DNA of 54,017 bases from Octopus bimaculoides (lineage: Eukaryota). Positions 12,440 through 25,793 of this stretch are shown piece after piece. The stretch covers positions 159,430,385 through 159,484,401 of the forward strand of contig NC_068981.1 in NCBI RefSeq assembly GCF_001194135.2. The letters are read 5' to 3'. The position numbers and the translations under genes were made by a program. The notes beneath the pieces were generated by a model. The model did no database searches and was not told where the DNA came from. It saw only the letters and a program-made list of their open reading frames with translations. Position 1 is the stretch's first letter. Each line of letters opens with the position of its first letter.

Positions 12440-13465
12440 TCTTTACAAGCTGTTTATAAAAACCATAGTCACCAGATTATCGAGGCATCTGGAGCAAACA
12501 GCCCGAGGAGCAAACAGGTTTTCGAAAGAACTACAGTACGAACGACCACTGTAACATGACATCTGTGACGAGCGAAAGAGTATAAGTTGCCTCTTTGTGT
12601 TATCTTTATAGATTACGTAAAGGCCTTCAATAGCGTTAAGGCAAATGCCGTGTAAAGTCTCTGCAGATGCAAGGCGTCGAGGCACAATACAACAAACTTC
12701 TTCGGGAAGCGAACTTGGGATGTATCTCAGATATAGCACTGCAGTCACCTCTCGTAAGAGTTCCATTTGGTAGGGGTATCGATCAAGGAAATACTATCTC
12801 TCCAAAGCTCTTTATTACATATCCTGAAATGGTCGTCAGAGACAGTGACAGTGTCAACATCAACGGAAAGCTACTAACACATCTCCAATTTGCACTCGAT
12901 ATCGTGGCCATCGAGGAAACCTCAGCTGAAGATCATGTTGATATTGTTGGACACTCAACGTTTACCAGCAGACCTCAACATAAACCGAATGAAACAAAAA
13001 GTCTGGAAGGGTAACCCAGAGCTGAACAAAAGCACGGCTGAACAAAACACAGCGGGCCAATCTTTATTGTGCCATCCTACGTGTGCTCTTATATGCAAGT
13101 GAGACGTGGGAAACTACAAAGAAAGAACAGGGTGCTATGAAATGATCCATTCTAGGAAGGGCATATCTCAAACGAGGTAATTCGAGAACAGAGTGGAATG
13201 AACGATGTGATCGTGAAATACTGAAAGCAAGCACAAGTTCCGCTGGGCCGGATATGTCGCAACGCCCACAGACAACAAGCGAAAGCGTGTAGTGTCGAGT
13301 GATATCCATGACATTAGAAGAGACTGTTCGCAAGACCTCTAAGATGATGGGAAAATGACATAGTGAGACAATTCTGGTTCAAAAGGAAGAGGTAGACGCA
13401 ATCAAGGAAGAACAGAAGCAGATTGTGATCAGCGATAAATAAGAACATCTAATTAGTCTGGTCTG
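12440..13465 (+). mobile_element. RTE-clade LINE fragment (reverse transcriptase and C-terminus), frameshifted
   Basis: Translated pieces: YKLFIKTIVTRL, QPEEQTGFRKNYST, YKLPLCVIFIDYVKAFNSV, RGIDQGNTISPKLF, INGKLLTHLQFALDIV (decayed FADD), LYASETW, KFRWAGYVA. Confidence 0.9.
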
Positions 13466-13487
13466 GTCGCGTGCGTGTGTGTATATA

Positions 13488-13535
<48 letters not shown>

Positions 13536-14258
13536 TGTGTGCGTGTGTATATATGTATGCATGTATGTATGTAAATATGTAGAGATGTGTATATTTGAGG
13601 GGAGAGGAACTTATCTTTTTCCAAACTTACATGTCTTTTGGTCTAAATTAACCCCCCACTTTTTCTAACCAGCAATTCTTTCCACCTGTTCCAGAATCAC
13701 ATGCCTTATCCATCTGCTTCCCATCTTTTCCCTTTTCCCCCAAGTCCTCACCCAACCCATATACATCCTGCTCTACTACCCACATTCACCCCTCTACTAC
13801 CCACGCCTTACACCTCATCACCCACAACATTTACATTCTCCACAGACACGTATATTTTTTCATGAAATTTTGTAAAAATACGTTTGCGAGAGTGTAAATT
13901 GCGTAATGTTTATGCTTGAAATATAAATCTGATTTTTAAAAAAATCAAATCAAAACATGTTAAAGAAATTTACAGAAATTAAATTGGAGTTGTGGAAGGA
14001 AGAAAGAACAATCCGAAACTTCTCCCCCGCCCATTTTCCTTTTTTAGGTTTCTTCAGTTTTTTCCACTGTATATATTCCCCTTCAAGTGTAGCTATGTAT
14101 GATTGGTTGCATTTGACAGCATTATAGTTTTCACTGTTATCAAGTTAACAACAACAAATATAAAGCTACATTATGTCTCATTGATACACAATGAGTTGGA
14201 GCATTTGCGTTAAACTGACAATCACCATATCGTTAATGGATTTGCCAGCATAAAAGTA

Positions 14259-14773
14259 TCTCTTTTACTATTTTACTTGTTTCAGTCATTTGACTGCGGC
14301 CATGCTGGAGCACCGACTTTAGTCGAGCAAATCGACCCCAGGACTTATTCTTTGGAAGCCTAGTACTTATTCTATCGGTCGCTTTTGCCGAACTGCTAAG
14401 TTACGGGGACGTAAACACACCAGCATCGGTTATCAAGCGATGTTGGGGTGACAAACACAGACACACAAACATATACACACACATAGATATACATACCCAG
14501 ATATGCACCTATACATACAGGTGGATGTCGGTATGCACATACCTGGACGTATATATGCATATACTCATTTACTATTTGTGTATATATATATATATNNNNN
14601 NNNNNTCTATATATACGACGATCTTCTTTCAGTTTCCGTCTACCAAATCCACTCACAAGGCTTTTGTCGGCCCGAGGCTATAGTAGAAGACACTTGCCCA
14701 AGATGTCACGCAGTGGGACTAAACCCAGAACCATGTGGTTGGTAAGCAAGCTACTTACCACACAGCCACTCCT
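14259..14773 (-). mobile_element. SINE family A, full length with a 10-N gap in the internal microsatellite
   Basis: Reverse complement is about 90% identical by eye to 9236-9648. Confidence 0.92.
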
Positions 14774-15325
14774 AAATTAAAATTTGATATTTTACTTTTT
14801 TGATTAATGTAGATTATTAATGGTAATATTTAGTTTTAGTTTTCGTGGGTTAAAACATTAAATTGTAAGGTTTGTAAACGTATTTCTGCAAAATTTCGTT
14901 TAAAAATATGCATCTTAAAGAGAGTTATGAGATAATAAAGTCGCGAGTGGGACAATGACTTGAAATTCCTTAAATGCTATTTTTTAATATTATCAACATA
15001 ATCGTAAACTACTCACAAATGCGCGCGCACAAATTTAGTGCAGAGTCTGAAGCCTAGGGCCGAAGGCTTTCAGTGTCCGAATTTGTTTAAAATAACAATG
15101 AACTAAATGTTTTTTAAAATTTTTATTTCAGGAAACCGGACCCATAAAACAATTAAAAATACATTAATCTGTCAGAAAAGCAATTAAAAAACACTGAAGG
15201 AATTTAATTTTTTAACCTTCGACAACTAAAACTAAATTATATCAATAATAATGTACATTAACAGAAAAAAGTATAATTTTAAATTACGATACTTTTATAT
15301 TTCCAAATCCATTAATAATAATATC

Positions 15326-15535
15326 CTCTCTACTATAGGCACAAGACCTGGAATTTTAGGGGATTGAACTAGTCGATTACATCAACCCCAGTGCTCAACT
15401 GGTTCTTATTTTATCGACTCCAAAAGGATGAAGAACAAAGGCGACCCCTGTGAAATTTGAACTCAGAAGGTAAAGACAAAATGCTGCAAGACGGTTTTGT
15501 CCGCCGTGCTCATGAGTCTACCAGCTCGCCGACCT
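15326..15535 (-). mobile_element. tRNA-derived SINE family B
   Basis: Reverse complement GGCGAGCTGGTAGA...CTGAGTTCAAATTTC...GTCGATAAAATAAGAACCAGTTGAGCACTGGGGTTGATGTAATCGACTAG...GTCTTGTGCCTATAGTAGAG. Confidence 0.85.
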
Positions 15536-15544
15536 TCGCTAATA

Positions 15545-16123
15545 ATGTAGTGGCTGTGAATTTAACGTAAATGCTACGACTCTATGTTCATTAATGAGAA
15601 GTACTGCTGCTTTTTACTTCCCATATTTGGTTCTTGGTTTGTTTTTAGTGCCCTCTGCAATTGTATACAATCAATCGTACACAGGTATATTTCATGGGGG
15701 AAATATGCAGAGAAAGGTTGTTTTACACAATTTTTATAGACATGAAAATTCAGATTGAATCAATTTTCAGCACCGATGTATTTTTACATTAATTTCCAGA
15801 TATTCTTAAAACTCAATTCATTTTCACGGTTGGGTTCATCTTTAGGATAGCAAGAAATCAGATGATGTGCAACTTGCTGCTATTCTTTGGTCTTCAATTG
15901 AAGATTTGTCAAGATTGCATATTTTATGTTCAGCTCTGAATAAGTAACCATACGTTTATTTAAGGAGCTAGATATTGATACAGAATTATTCATGTGCTGA
16001 ATCATAGCACATCCACTCTATAATAACACTTTATTGCAATTGTGTTTTCGGGTTACTTATTCCTTATAAATTGATGGGGCGGTTTCCAGAATGCCATTCC
16101 TTTCAAAATTGTCAAACATTTAC

Positions 16124-16169
<46 letters not shown>

Positions 16170-17620
16170 CTCCCCTTTTCTTCTCCTCTCTATCTCTTTC
16201 TCCCCTTTTCCTTCCCCCTCTCTCTCTGATGTAACAATTCTTTGCGTGAATGGAGAAGTTTGACTGTTGTATTCGGATCAAATACATGCTTGTTCTTTGG
16301 AAATCTTTTAAAAACGTAGTGAAAAACGCACTAGAATACCTTCTCTAAATTTTCCATTTTTTTCGTCAGCAAGAACTCTTGCTGTGCAGCGCACAACTGA
16401 TTCCTCGTATGAACCCTGAGCCATTTTCTCCAAACATCTACGAATCTAGAGCATCTTAATCCAAACCATTTTACTGGAAGCTTGTACAGACTATCGTGTG
16501 TCCAACAGATATTTGAATACAGGCAGTTGTTCACTTAATTTCATACGAAGCGATCTCAATCGATATGCAGAAGCTCTAAAAAATGTACAATTCTGTACAA
16601 TGTCAAAGAAGCGGCATACATGTCGCACACATTCAAAGCTGAACACCCAGTCAAATTCAATCAGTGTATACCGCACAGCCAATTCGTTTTCCATATGTAT
16701 CAATGCTTGAACACCAATAAACTTTCCACTCATATTAACTTGTATTGTCATTAAATTGATATGGACAGTTGGAAATGTTCGAATGATTCTCTTTCAAGAA
16801 AGAGAAGAAGAAAAAACTTCCAATAATATTTTAGAATTAAGCCTATGCATATTAAGACATATTGTAGAACGATATGTTGTTCCTTTCTAGTGATCATATC
16901 GAAACGTCAGTGCTACTTTATCAAAATTAACAATTTCTAAAACCGAAACATGCTTAGCTTCTTTTATTTCATTGTTGACGTCTTTGATTAGTTTATTTCC
17001 TATAGGTTAAAGTAACTCATCCCATGTAGTAGATATTCATGAAACACAACACTGCCTTTTCATTCATGTGTTTCTACGTGATTGGCTAGAAAAGAACGGA
17101 TCAAACTGACACAGTAATGTTTCCAGAATCTTACCATTTGAAAACTAGTTTAGAAGCTCATCATTTTCACAAATGGTAATCTGCATTCAACAAAAAATTG
17201 GATAATTTTGATAATTCTTTTCCAATACAAATCATGCATACGTATGTTCTGCATTATGTCATTATACCAGCAAACTATTGACCCTTCTTGTTAACTTTAA
17301 CCGCATTTTCAAGTCAATAGTAGCATTGCGATGCTCATCAGTGTTCTCGTGTCGTTCAGTGGCACGAGAATTTGCATTTTCAATATTATAGCCATCGTGA
17401 AATGATTGTTTCCAAACCCGGTAACTTTCGTGATAAACTTACTAATTAAGTTGAAACATCATTTAAAGCTAGCTGAGGAACAACATCATTTCCTTTCTAT
17501 ACCCTAGTTATTAACCAAATGAATCTGAACAAAAATGAATTCCCGATACACCTTGTTTGTCACCCATCATCTTGTTCAGATATAGACGTATCACTATTCT
17601 TGTTTTGATACTCACGGCTA
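15545..17620 (-). mobile_element. hAT transposase relic (ZMYM1-like/Tip100 group), multiple stops and frameshifts, interrupted by (CT)n at about 16128-16230
   Basis: Minus-strand pieces: ATERHENTDEHRNA, QFDPF, EIKEAKHVSV, STDVS, DNTS/NMSGKFIGVQALIH.ENELA, RFFDIVQN..TFF.AS.YR and the dimerisation region IYLC...MGSKKQQYFSLMNIES. Confidence 0.75.
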
Positions 17621-18004
17621 GATTTCAGTACCCAGTTGCCCTACATTGCCGAGATCACAACAGTACGATTTCAGTTTACTGATGGGATTTTTTTTTTCTT
17701 TTTCTATACACCGTATGTAATCTTGCTTTTAACATTGATGGTTTTTTTTTTTTACTTATTTCTATTCCAGTCGAACATTTTTGACGGTAGAAAGTACAGA
17801 ACGTTCGTCCCTACTGATCGAGATAGGTTTTGAAAGAGCTGTAAATATCGAAGTTATTGTTTTGATGCATATAAATATAGTTTCCTCCTATTGTTACCTT
17901 CACTTGATGAGCTCCTGATTTTAAGCCACTATTTGCTCAGTTCAGAATTACGAAGTAATAATCATAATAATGATGATGGTAATGATAATGATGATGAATC
18001 TGTT

Positions 18005-18100
18005 ACAGGCACGAGGCCTGGAATTTTGTGGGGAGGGACCTAGTCGATTGCATCAACCCCCGTGCTCAACAAGTACTTATTTTATAGACACCGAAAGAGA
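18005..18100 (-). mobile_element. SINE family B, 3' fragment
   Basis: GGCACGAGGCCTGGAATTTTGTGGGGAGGGACCTAGTCGATTGCATCAACCCC..AGTACTTATTTTAT. Confidence 0.8.
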
Positions 18101-18828
18101 ATAGTGAAAAGCAAATCGTTTCGTAACAATCACAAGCTTTGACGATAGGTATGACATTGTTACTGTTGCACCAGTAGTTGTACGAAATAACCCCCCACCC
18201 CGCTAAAACGTGTTACTTTAATGTAATGAATCCTAAAGCAGACGCTACAGCCTCCTTTGAGGCACAGACACTAAAAGACTCAAGATGGACGGAAGACAAA
18301 GAGGCAGCGGTTATCATTTGAAGGCAAAGATAGGTGAATGAGGAAAGAGTAAGGAATGAAAAAGAAAAATAGAAAAGAAAACACATTCCATGAATTTTTC
18401 CAGCCTATTATTATTTTCTATCTATAAGAAGTGTTGCACTTCATAAGATGTTCAATTAACATACTTCGGGTTCTGTCCGGTTGATGATTTCTAACCACAA
18501 TGAAATACTGCAACATGTGATTACCTAAGACTAGAAATTTTAAGAACTTCGTAATAAAGTAAGCAAAAAATTAAAAATGTGAATTTTATGCATTCGTTTC
18601 CTTAATCCTTAATTTCGAATTGAAACGTCTAATCCCGCCAGATATTATGAAGAAATGATTATCTTCCTAATAACTATCCACCAAGGAACACTATGAGTTT
18701 AAGAATTAGCAGTTACTCGTAAACCTGTCACCTGCATTAAGTGCAGGAATTGAGTTATCTTATTTTATTGCTAATGTAAAAACTGAATAATAAAAATACC
18801 TATGATAATGTTTTTCATGTATATAACC

Positions 18829-20545
18829 ATGGCAGAACCGAAAATGAAATAGCAGTTACATGGTATTGAATATTAAAAAATTTGGCTTTATCCAGTCACT
18901 TACAAACAAGCTTTTATCTGGGTGTCTGAATTGCAAAAAGTGCTTTCCAATGAATCTATAAGAAGCACTAGAAAAATATTCATTCTGACAAGACAAGTAA
19001 AGATTTATCTTGTTTTAAAGCACTTCGTGATCAATTTTGCAAACAGCCGACGTTGTCAAGAATGTTTTTATCTGTATCAATGCCAGAAAATGATGGGCTA
19101 CGCGCTTCTTATAAAATTTCATTACTGATGGCCGAATCCAGAAAGCTACATACTATTGGCAAAGCATTGATCTTAGCAACTGGTAGTGCTACACAAGCCA
19201 GCAACTAATATAATCAATAAAATTCCTTTGTGCAATAACACAATATAACGACGAATTGACAAAATGGGCAAGGATGTGGAAGACACATTAAGCAATTCTT
19301 TGAGGACTGCCCAATTTTCGTTTCAGCTGGATGAATCAACCTTACCGAGGAATGAAGCTTTATTGCTTGCTTACGTTCGGTTTATAAATGAAGAGAAAAT
19401 AACCGAGGAGTTATTATTTGCCAATCATTTGGCAACGGATTTAAAGAAGAGTCGATATTTCTTGTGAAAGAGTTTTATTGTTGTTTTTAAGAAAATACGA
19501 TTCTTCTTACAAATATAATGACAACTGCTAATGGTGTAGTTCTTTTGATCGTGGGTTGCCATTGCACACTTTAAAAGTCGAAGCCGAATGCACGATGCAT
19601 TGCATAATCCATCGACATTTAGTTGCAAAACCTTAGTGATCGCTTGCATTGATTATTACAACACGTCAGCAATTACAGCAGTTATCAAAATCTGAAACAG
19701 TTCTTTCTATGACAAATTAGTCACACAGTTTGTAAATAAAACAACGACGAATTTAATCCTTTGCTTTTCCGCATGTACTATTCATTGATTGTCAAAAGGC
19801 GCCTGTCTGAGTTGCTTTTATATTCTTTTTGTAGTAGTTTTGAAACTCATCGAAAATAAAGATGTTTCCATGCGAGACACTTGAAGAAGTTTAAAAGCGA
19901 CATAGTCTACAAGTTTGATTTATATTTCAAGTATAATTTAATGGATTGCGACTGCAAGGAGACAAAATGAATTTGATACAAAAAAAAATAATTAAAAAAA
20001 AACAAGGCTGTTAGATGTATTCATTTGTTTCAATATTTATTCTGTTCAAACCTTGGGACGAAAAATTTGTCTTTTCAGTTTCCGAGTCTTCCAGCACTCG
20101 AGGAAAAGACTGAAATACATGATGACAACATTCAGGTGTACAGCTATCACTTGAAAGTGTTATAATATGAATTCTGAAAGATCTGAAGACTCGTCTCCGT
20201 ACAGCTTTTAAGCCTATTTTCAAGGGTTGGGGAAACAGATATGCAATTAGAAGAAAGAGAATTGACTGAATTAAAAACCAACAAAGAGTTGAAGCTCAAA
20301 TTTAAGTACGTGAGACATCATATCTGACTGACACACTACATAACAGATTTTTATACTGAATTATGGATCGTTGAGAAAATGTGTCTAATTATGTTGAATA
20401 TGTATTTAGTGCAGTTACGGAACATCTCACGAAAAATAGAAACTGACTACGAATAGTCAAACGGAGAGACATAAGGATGTTACATACAATTATTAATCGG
20501 ATGTGGGAAATTAGTCTCATCACATCAAACTTATCCTTTCATAAT
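18829..20545 (+). mobile_element. hAT transposase relic (Buster/Charlie, ZBED8/SCAND3-like), decayed
   Basis: MAEPK start, FSFQLDESTLPRNEALLLAYVRFINEEKITEELLFA (ORF 19264-19467), HCIIHRHLVAK, LQGDKMNLI, ELKTNKELKLKFK and TKNRN.LRIVKRRDIR near the C-terminus. Confidence 0.9.
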
Positions 20546-20589
20546 AATAAATTAAATAATGTTTAATTTTTTTTACAATTTTGTTTTTA

Positions 20590-20810
20590 GTTATCTTTTA
20601 CCTTTCACTTGTTTCGATCACTGGATCGTGACCATGCTACAGCATCGCTTTGAAGGTTTAGTCGAACAATTCAGCCTTAGTACTAACGTTTTTTAAAAGT
20701 CTGGTATTTATTCTATCAATCATTTTATGGAACCCGCTAAGTTACGGGGACGTACACAGACTAACACCCAGTTGTCAAGCGGTTGGGGAACAAACACATA
20801 TACAAAGACA
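20590..20810 (-). mobile_element. SINE family A, 3' half
   Basis: CACTTGTTTC...CCATGCT..AGCATCGCTTTGAAGGTTTAGTCGAAC...CCGCTAAGTTACGGGGACGT...GTTGTCAAGCGG. Confidence 0.8.
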
Positions 20811-21428
20811 CACTCACACACACTTACATACATACAGACCCACTCACACACATACACACACATTAATGAGAGACAGAGGAAGAAATATAATTGAAGTGAA
20901 GAAGTTTTATTAACCTAATGCGGGTACTGTTAATTCACTAAAATATAATATAATACTGTACTCTGAGAAACCACAATTCATTTCGGATACACTGGAAACT
21001 TCTTTTATTTTAACGATAATTAATTTGAACACAAGGGAGCCCCAAATTTCTTGATTCAACACATTTTCTTTTATTCTTTCCTAGGTGCCGGTTGCTTGAG
21101 AGTTATTTGAGTACCGGATGATAGAGATTTTACTGCATTATGTTCTGTGTTATATTGAAGGTTAGTTCTGGTTTGGACTGGGGTATGGAGAGGGTTGCTG
21201 TAAGTAAAATACTGGGAGTGAGTGTGGATCAGTATAAACTACATAGTTCTTGGATTTAGTGTGAATGCATGAATGTGTGTGTATGGGTGAGAGTGTGTGT
21301 TTGTGTATGTGTGTATGTGCGTGTACATGTGTGTGTATGTCCGCGCGCGCAAATAAGTGTATGCATCTGTGCTTGGGGACAGTATTTGTAAGTATTCATG
21401 TAAGTGGGCAATCTGTCTATTTATCTAT

Positions 21429-21479
<51 letters not shown>

Positions 21480-21489
21480 NNNNNNNNNN

Positions 21490-22275
21490 TGTACTTTCCT
21501 GATTATCTATGACTTCCTTCCATCTATTTACAAGCTTTTTAATCCCTTCAATGTAAAACTCTTTTGGTTTCAAAGCGAAGAACTCTGAAATGTCAGTTTC
21601 GATCTCCTCCTGACTTGCGAAAGTTATATCCCCCAAATGATTCTATGAAACAAATGGTAGTCTGAAGGAGCAAGGTCGGGAGAATAAGGTGGATGAGGAA
21701 TTTTTTCCCAACCAAGCTCTTCGATCTTCTGTGATGTGATCTTTGCAGTGTGGGGTCGCGCATTGTCCTGATGAAACATCACTCCTTTTCGATTCACTAA
21801 AGCGGGTCTTTTTTCTTCAAAGCTTGGTTCAAACGCTCTAATTACTGACAGTAGACTTGAACATTGATTGTTGCATTAGGTGGTAACAATTCAAAGTGAA
21901 TTACTCCTTTGCAATCCTACCAGATAGAGAGAAGAACCTTTTGCCATGAAGTTCCCTTCTCGGTTGTGGTTGAGCTTTTTCCATTTTACCAAACCACTGT
22001 TTACGACGTTTAACATTTCGATAGAAGATCCATTTTTCGTCACCAGTCTCAAGTCTATCCAAAAAGGGTGAAATGAGTTCGCGAGAATGGAGAGAAGAGC
22101 AGATGTCAATTCGGGATTTGCCGTTGCTTTCGGACAATTCATGAGGCACCCATTTTCCAAGTTTAGGAACCTTTCCAAGTTGTTGAAGATGACGATGAAC
22201 AGTTGTACAGTTTGAATTAAGCATTATTGCCAATTCTTCAACTGATAATGCAGGATTTTCTTTAAGTAAATTTAT
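21490..22275 (-). mobile_element. mariner (DD34D) transposase relic, 5' part missing
   Basis: WVPHEL, TGDEKW, HQDNARPH, HPPYSPDLAPSDYHLF and C-terminal FYIEGIKKLVNRWKEVIDNQ. The 3' terminus is lost in the N-gap at 21480-21489. Confidence 0.95.
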
Positions 22276-22284
22276 ATATATATA

Positions 22285-23145
22285 TCGTAGTATCACAGTA
22301 TCGACCAGACCATCAGATGCTGTCATATACTGCTGATTACAATGTGCTTCCAATTCTGTCTTGATGCACCATCCTTTTCCATCTTGGCCTAAATTGCTTC
22401 GCTAAATCATCTTCCCATGGTTGTGGAGGCCTTCCAAGTGGCATTTTCCAACTTTTGGATACTACCCAGCAACTACACAGGTCCATCTGTTGTCTGCGAA
22501 CCTCGCAACATGTTCGACTCAGCAGAACTTGTGCTCTCGGTACTCTGCTATCACATTGTTCACTCTGCTCCGTTTTCGAATTATCTCATTTCGAATGAGC
22601 TCCCTTAATGATATCCTTAACATGGATCTTTCCATGGCCCTTTGCGTTGTAGCCAGTCGATGTTCTATCCTCTTCGCTGTAGCCCACGTCTCACTTACGT
22701 GTAAGAGCGCAAGTAGGACGGTGCTATTAAAGAGTCTGGTACGGATGATATTGTATAGCTTTGTTTGGAACGCATCCTTTATTGAGTTAAATGCCTTTTA
22801 TCCTGCCTTTATTCTCTTTGAAATTTCAGCATCCATACATACCTCAGCGCATATTCACTGTGTGCCCTAAGTAGGAGAACTCCTTTACCTCCTCGATTAC
22901 ATCGCTTCCCACCTCCATTCGACCTTGTGTTACGTCTTTATATGCTACGAATATATTTTGTTTTCATGTGATTCTTTTAAGACCTACTGCTAAGTTCTGA
23001 GTGTTCAGCTCTGTCAGCATGGTCTGCAACAAGTTTGTGTTTCAGCGATGAGTATAATGTAATCTGTGAATTGGAAGTGTGTCAGTTGCTTGCCATTGAT
23101 ATTCATGTCACATGTCCATCAAGAGTTCGCATCTCTGAGCAGTTT
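22285..23145 (-). mobile_element. RTE-clade LINE 3' fragment, same family as 12440-13465
   Basis: INGKQLTHFQFTDYIILIAE, LQTMLTELN, EEVKEFSYLGH, RLFNSTVL..LLHVSETWA, QRAMERSML, DNRWT, PLGRPPQPWEDD; the tail runs into (TA)n and then the mariner. Confidence 0.9.
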
Positions 23146-23289
23146 GATGTAGAGAAAGAGAGAGAGAGAGGCGTGGGGAGAATAATTTGCTACTACTACT
23201 ACTACTTCGAAAGAAAAAGAAAACTCAAAACGTTTGTAGTTAAAAGTTTTATTATTACAATGATTTATTATTATAATTGGAAAATTTGA

Positions 23290-23478
23290 AGGCGGCAAGC
23301 TGACAGACGAAATGCTTAACGGCATTCCTTCCGGCGTTACGTTTTGAGTTCAATTCCGTTGACGTTAACTTCATCTTTCGTCCTTTCGGCGTCGATAAAA
23401 TAAGCACAATTTAATACTGTGATCGATGTAATCGACTTAACATCTTTAAAATTGCTGACCTTGTGCCAAACTTAGAAA
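23290..23478 (+). mobile_element. SINE family B
   Basis: GAAGGCGGCAAGCTG...GAGTTCAATTCC...CCTTTCGGCGTCGATAAAATAAG...GATGTAATCGACTT...CCTTGTGCCAAACTTAGAAACC. Confidence 0.8.
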
Positions 23479-24269
23479 CCAAGGTTTAGAGTGTCCAAAG
23501 ATGAAACCACTAGCCAATATGAGGTATGGAACTTTCCAATTCTAATAACAAATTATTCAGTATTGCACGCTCTAATTTTCGTAGGTTTTGCTCTAACATT
23601 AACCAGAGTCGCGTCTTCCACTTTAAATCTATCCGTTGTAGTTTTAAGTGAAACCTAGTCTATTTATATGAAGAAATAGACTTTCAAGAAGTCTTAAATC
23701 TGCATGTCTGAATTTAGAGTAATTACCTGCCGTAGGCGAAATTTCGAGATTCCCCAGGGAAATTGTTTGAGGTTGAAAAATGTTGTCATCATTCGTCTTT
23801 TTTTTTCCCCATGTTATTTCCTTAAATGTGATTTTAAAAAGGTGATTATGTTAAAATAAGGCTTTTTAATGTGATCTAATAAATTGTCCTCTACCTGAAT
23901 ATTTCTTTTCTTTAGTGTATGTGTGGGGAAATCGGGTCGGTGAATCAGTATAGGAGGGAACAGAGAAAAAATGTTGAACAACGCTGTCATAGATGAATAG
24001 ACATTTGGCATTTGGAAAGAATGAAGAAGTTTATCAAAGGTAGAGAAATTATGTCGTTGTTGTTGTTGTTCGGCCATTTTAAGGAAGTAGCCGTTAATCT
24101 ATAACTTGGTTTACTATCACCAATCCAGTTCTTGGGTACCTTTCATGGAGTTCACTCGATCACAGTCATTGATGGCCAGATATCGGACCAGACGATAACT
24201 TCCTCCCATCCCCTAACTTCCTCCCTTTACGGTGCTAAAATGAACAAATGCGTTGCTTTTCCACCTCTG

Positions 24270-24480
24270 ACTAAACGAAAAAACATCGGTTCTGATCGAG
24301 CAGATCTATGATCATAAATATTCCACTCATAGCTACCCGTTTGTTTTTTTTTTTCCTCTTGAGTTATATAAAATTACATTATGCAGTGTAATAGGGTATC
24401 ATTTCAGGAAGATTCGACTACTGTTTCTAGTAAATCGAACGACAACGTAGAGGCTTCCTCTGGAGTTACTTTGTAGTTTT
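24270..24480 (-). repeat. Dispersed repeat family D copy, decayed
   Basis: CTGATCGAGCAGATCTATGATCA...GATTCGACTACTGTTTCTAGTAAATCGAACGACAACGTAGAGGCTTCCTC. Confidence 0.6.
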
Positions 24481-25017
24481 GTTTGAGAAGCTACATAATA
24501 AACTTCAATCAAATAGAACCATGGTGTTGCGAAATAGCATGAAGAGGGAATTAGCTTGTCAGTGATGTAGAAGTGTGTGCATCAACTGTAAACATTAATA
24601 AAGCCTTCAACCGATGAAAAGGCTCTTCTTTTAGGTGTTTTTCAAAGCTGATGTTGGCTCTGATCTCGATGCTCGATAAGTTATTAGACACCGAGGTGTC
24701 AACAATTGACTCCTTTTTCCCTTTTAAACAATATTTTGGTTTATTTGTCACAAATATCTTGTTCCAGGAATGAAAGGGAAAACGTTATATGGTTTGTATG
24801 CGTGTGTATTCATGTAGAACGACAAATAATAAGGAAGGCGAAGATTCATTCCAAAATTCATAAGCTTTAATAACGTTTAATAAGAAAAAAATAGAACCTT
24901 CACCGAATTCTGGAGAGACAAGCAAAATATTTTCATGAAAATATATTTTGTCTTTCGAAAATATATTCCGTCATTGAACTGCGGTCATGCTGGGGCGCTG
25001 CCATAAATGGTTTAGTC

Positions 25018-25793
25018 CAATGGTTCTCAAACATTTTTTGCCTGTGGACCCATTTGATTCTTATTTTACTTTACTGGACCCCCACAGCCATTTGATGCTT
25101 TAAAAAATTCTATTATATTTTTACAATTCAATATTAGATTATGTAGTGGAGGCGCGTGGCTTAGTGGTTTGGGTGTCAACATTATGATTGTAAGATTGTG
25201 GTTTCGATTCCTGGACCGGGCGACGCGTTGTGTTCTTGAGCAAAACACTTCATTTCACGTTGCTCCAATCCACTCAGCTGGTAAAAACGAATAACGCTGC
25301 GATGGACTGGCGTCCCATCCAGGTGGGGAACACATACGCCATTGAAACCGGGAAACCGGGCCCATGAGCCTGGCTAGGCTTTAAAAGGGCGCAAGAAGAA
25401 GATTAGATTAGGTAAACATTGTTCGAAAACAATTATTCGTAAAACATTTATTCGAATAGAAAATTGTGTGAATGAAAATTATTCAAAATGACAATTATAC
25501 GAAATGTTAATTATTCTAATTTTTAAAATTTTCTTTTAACGAAAATGATAAAATTAAAAATTAAGTGCACAAATGATATTTATTTCGAATAACTGTTTTC
25601 CGAATAGATGTTTTCGAATAATTGCTTTCGAACAATTTTCATGATACCCAAGTATTATTAGGAATTGTATAAGAAAATTGTTAAAATATTTTGTGTAATG
25701 TAAAAGTATAACCGATTTATTACAGATGATTTTTAACAACCAAGCCTTATATAGAACCCCAAAGGTTGTATGGACCCCGATTAAGAACCACTG
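25018..25793. mobile_element. hAT-Charlie-type MITE with 8-bp TSD
   Basis: Termini CAATGGTTCTCAA and TTAAGAACCACTG; flanks GTTTAGTC (25010-25017) and GTTTACTC (25794-25801) match 7/8. Confidence 0.85.
25146..25400 (+). mobile_element. tRNA-derived SINE family C nested in the MITE
   Basis: A-box TGGCTTAGTGG, B-box GGTTTCGATTCC, TTGTGTTCTTGAGCAAAACAC, (AAG)n tail, approximate TSD ATTAGATTA(T/G)GTA. Confidence 0.9.

Noticed and set aside
13640-15325. Helitron-like segments and a small hairpin at about 15048-15072
   Set aside because: No 5' TC or 3' CTRR terminus could be matched and there is no Rep/helicase motif.
16885-16915. CGAAACGTCAG hammerhead-like motif
   Set aside because: It is the antisense of the hAT transposase STDVS codons; there is no CUGANGA core or paired stems.
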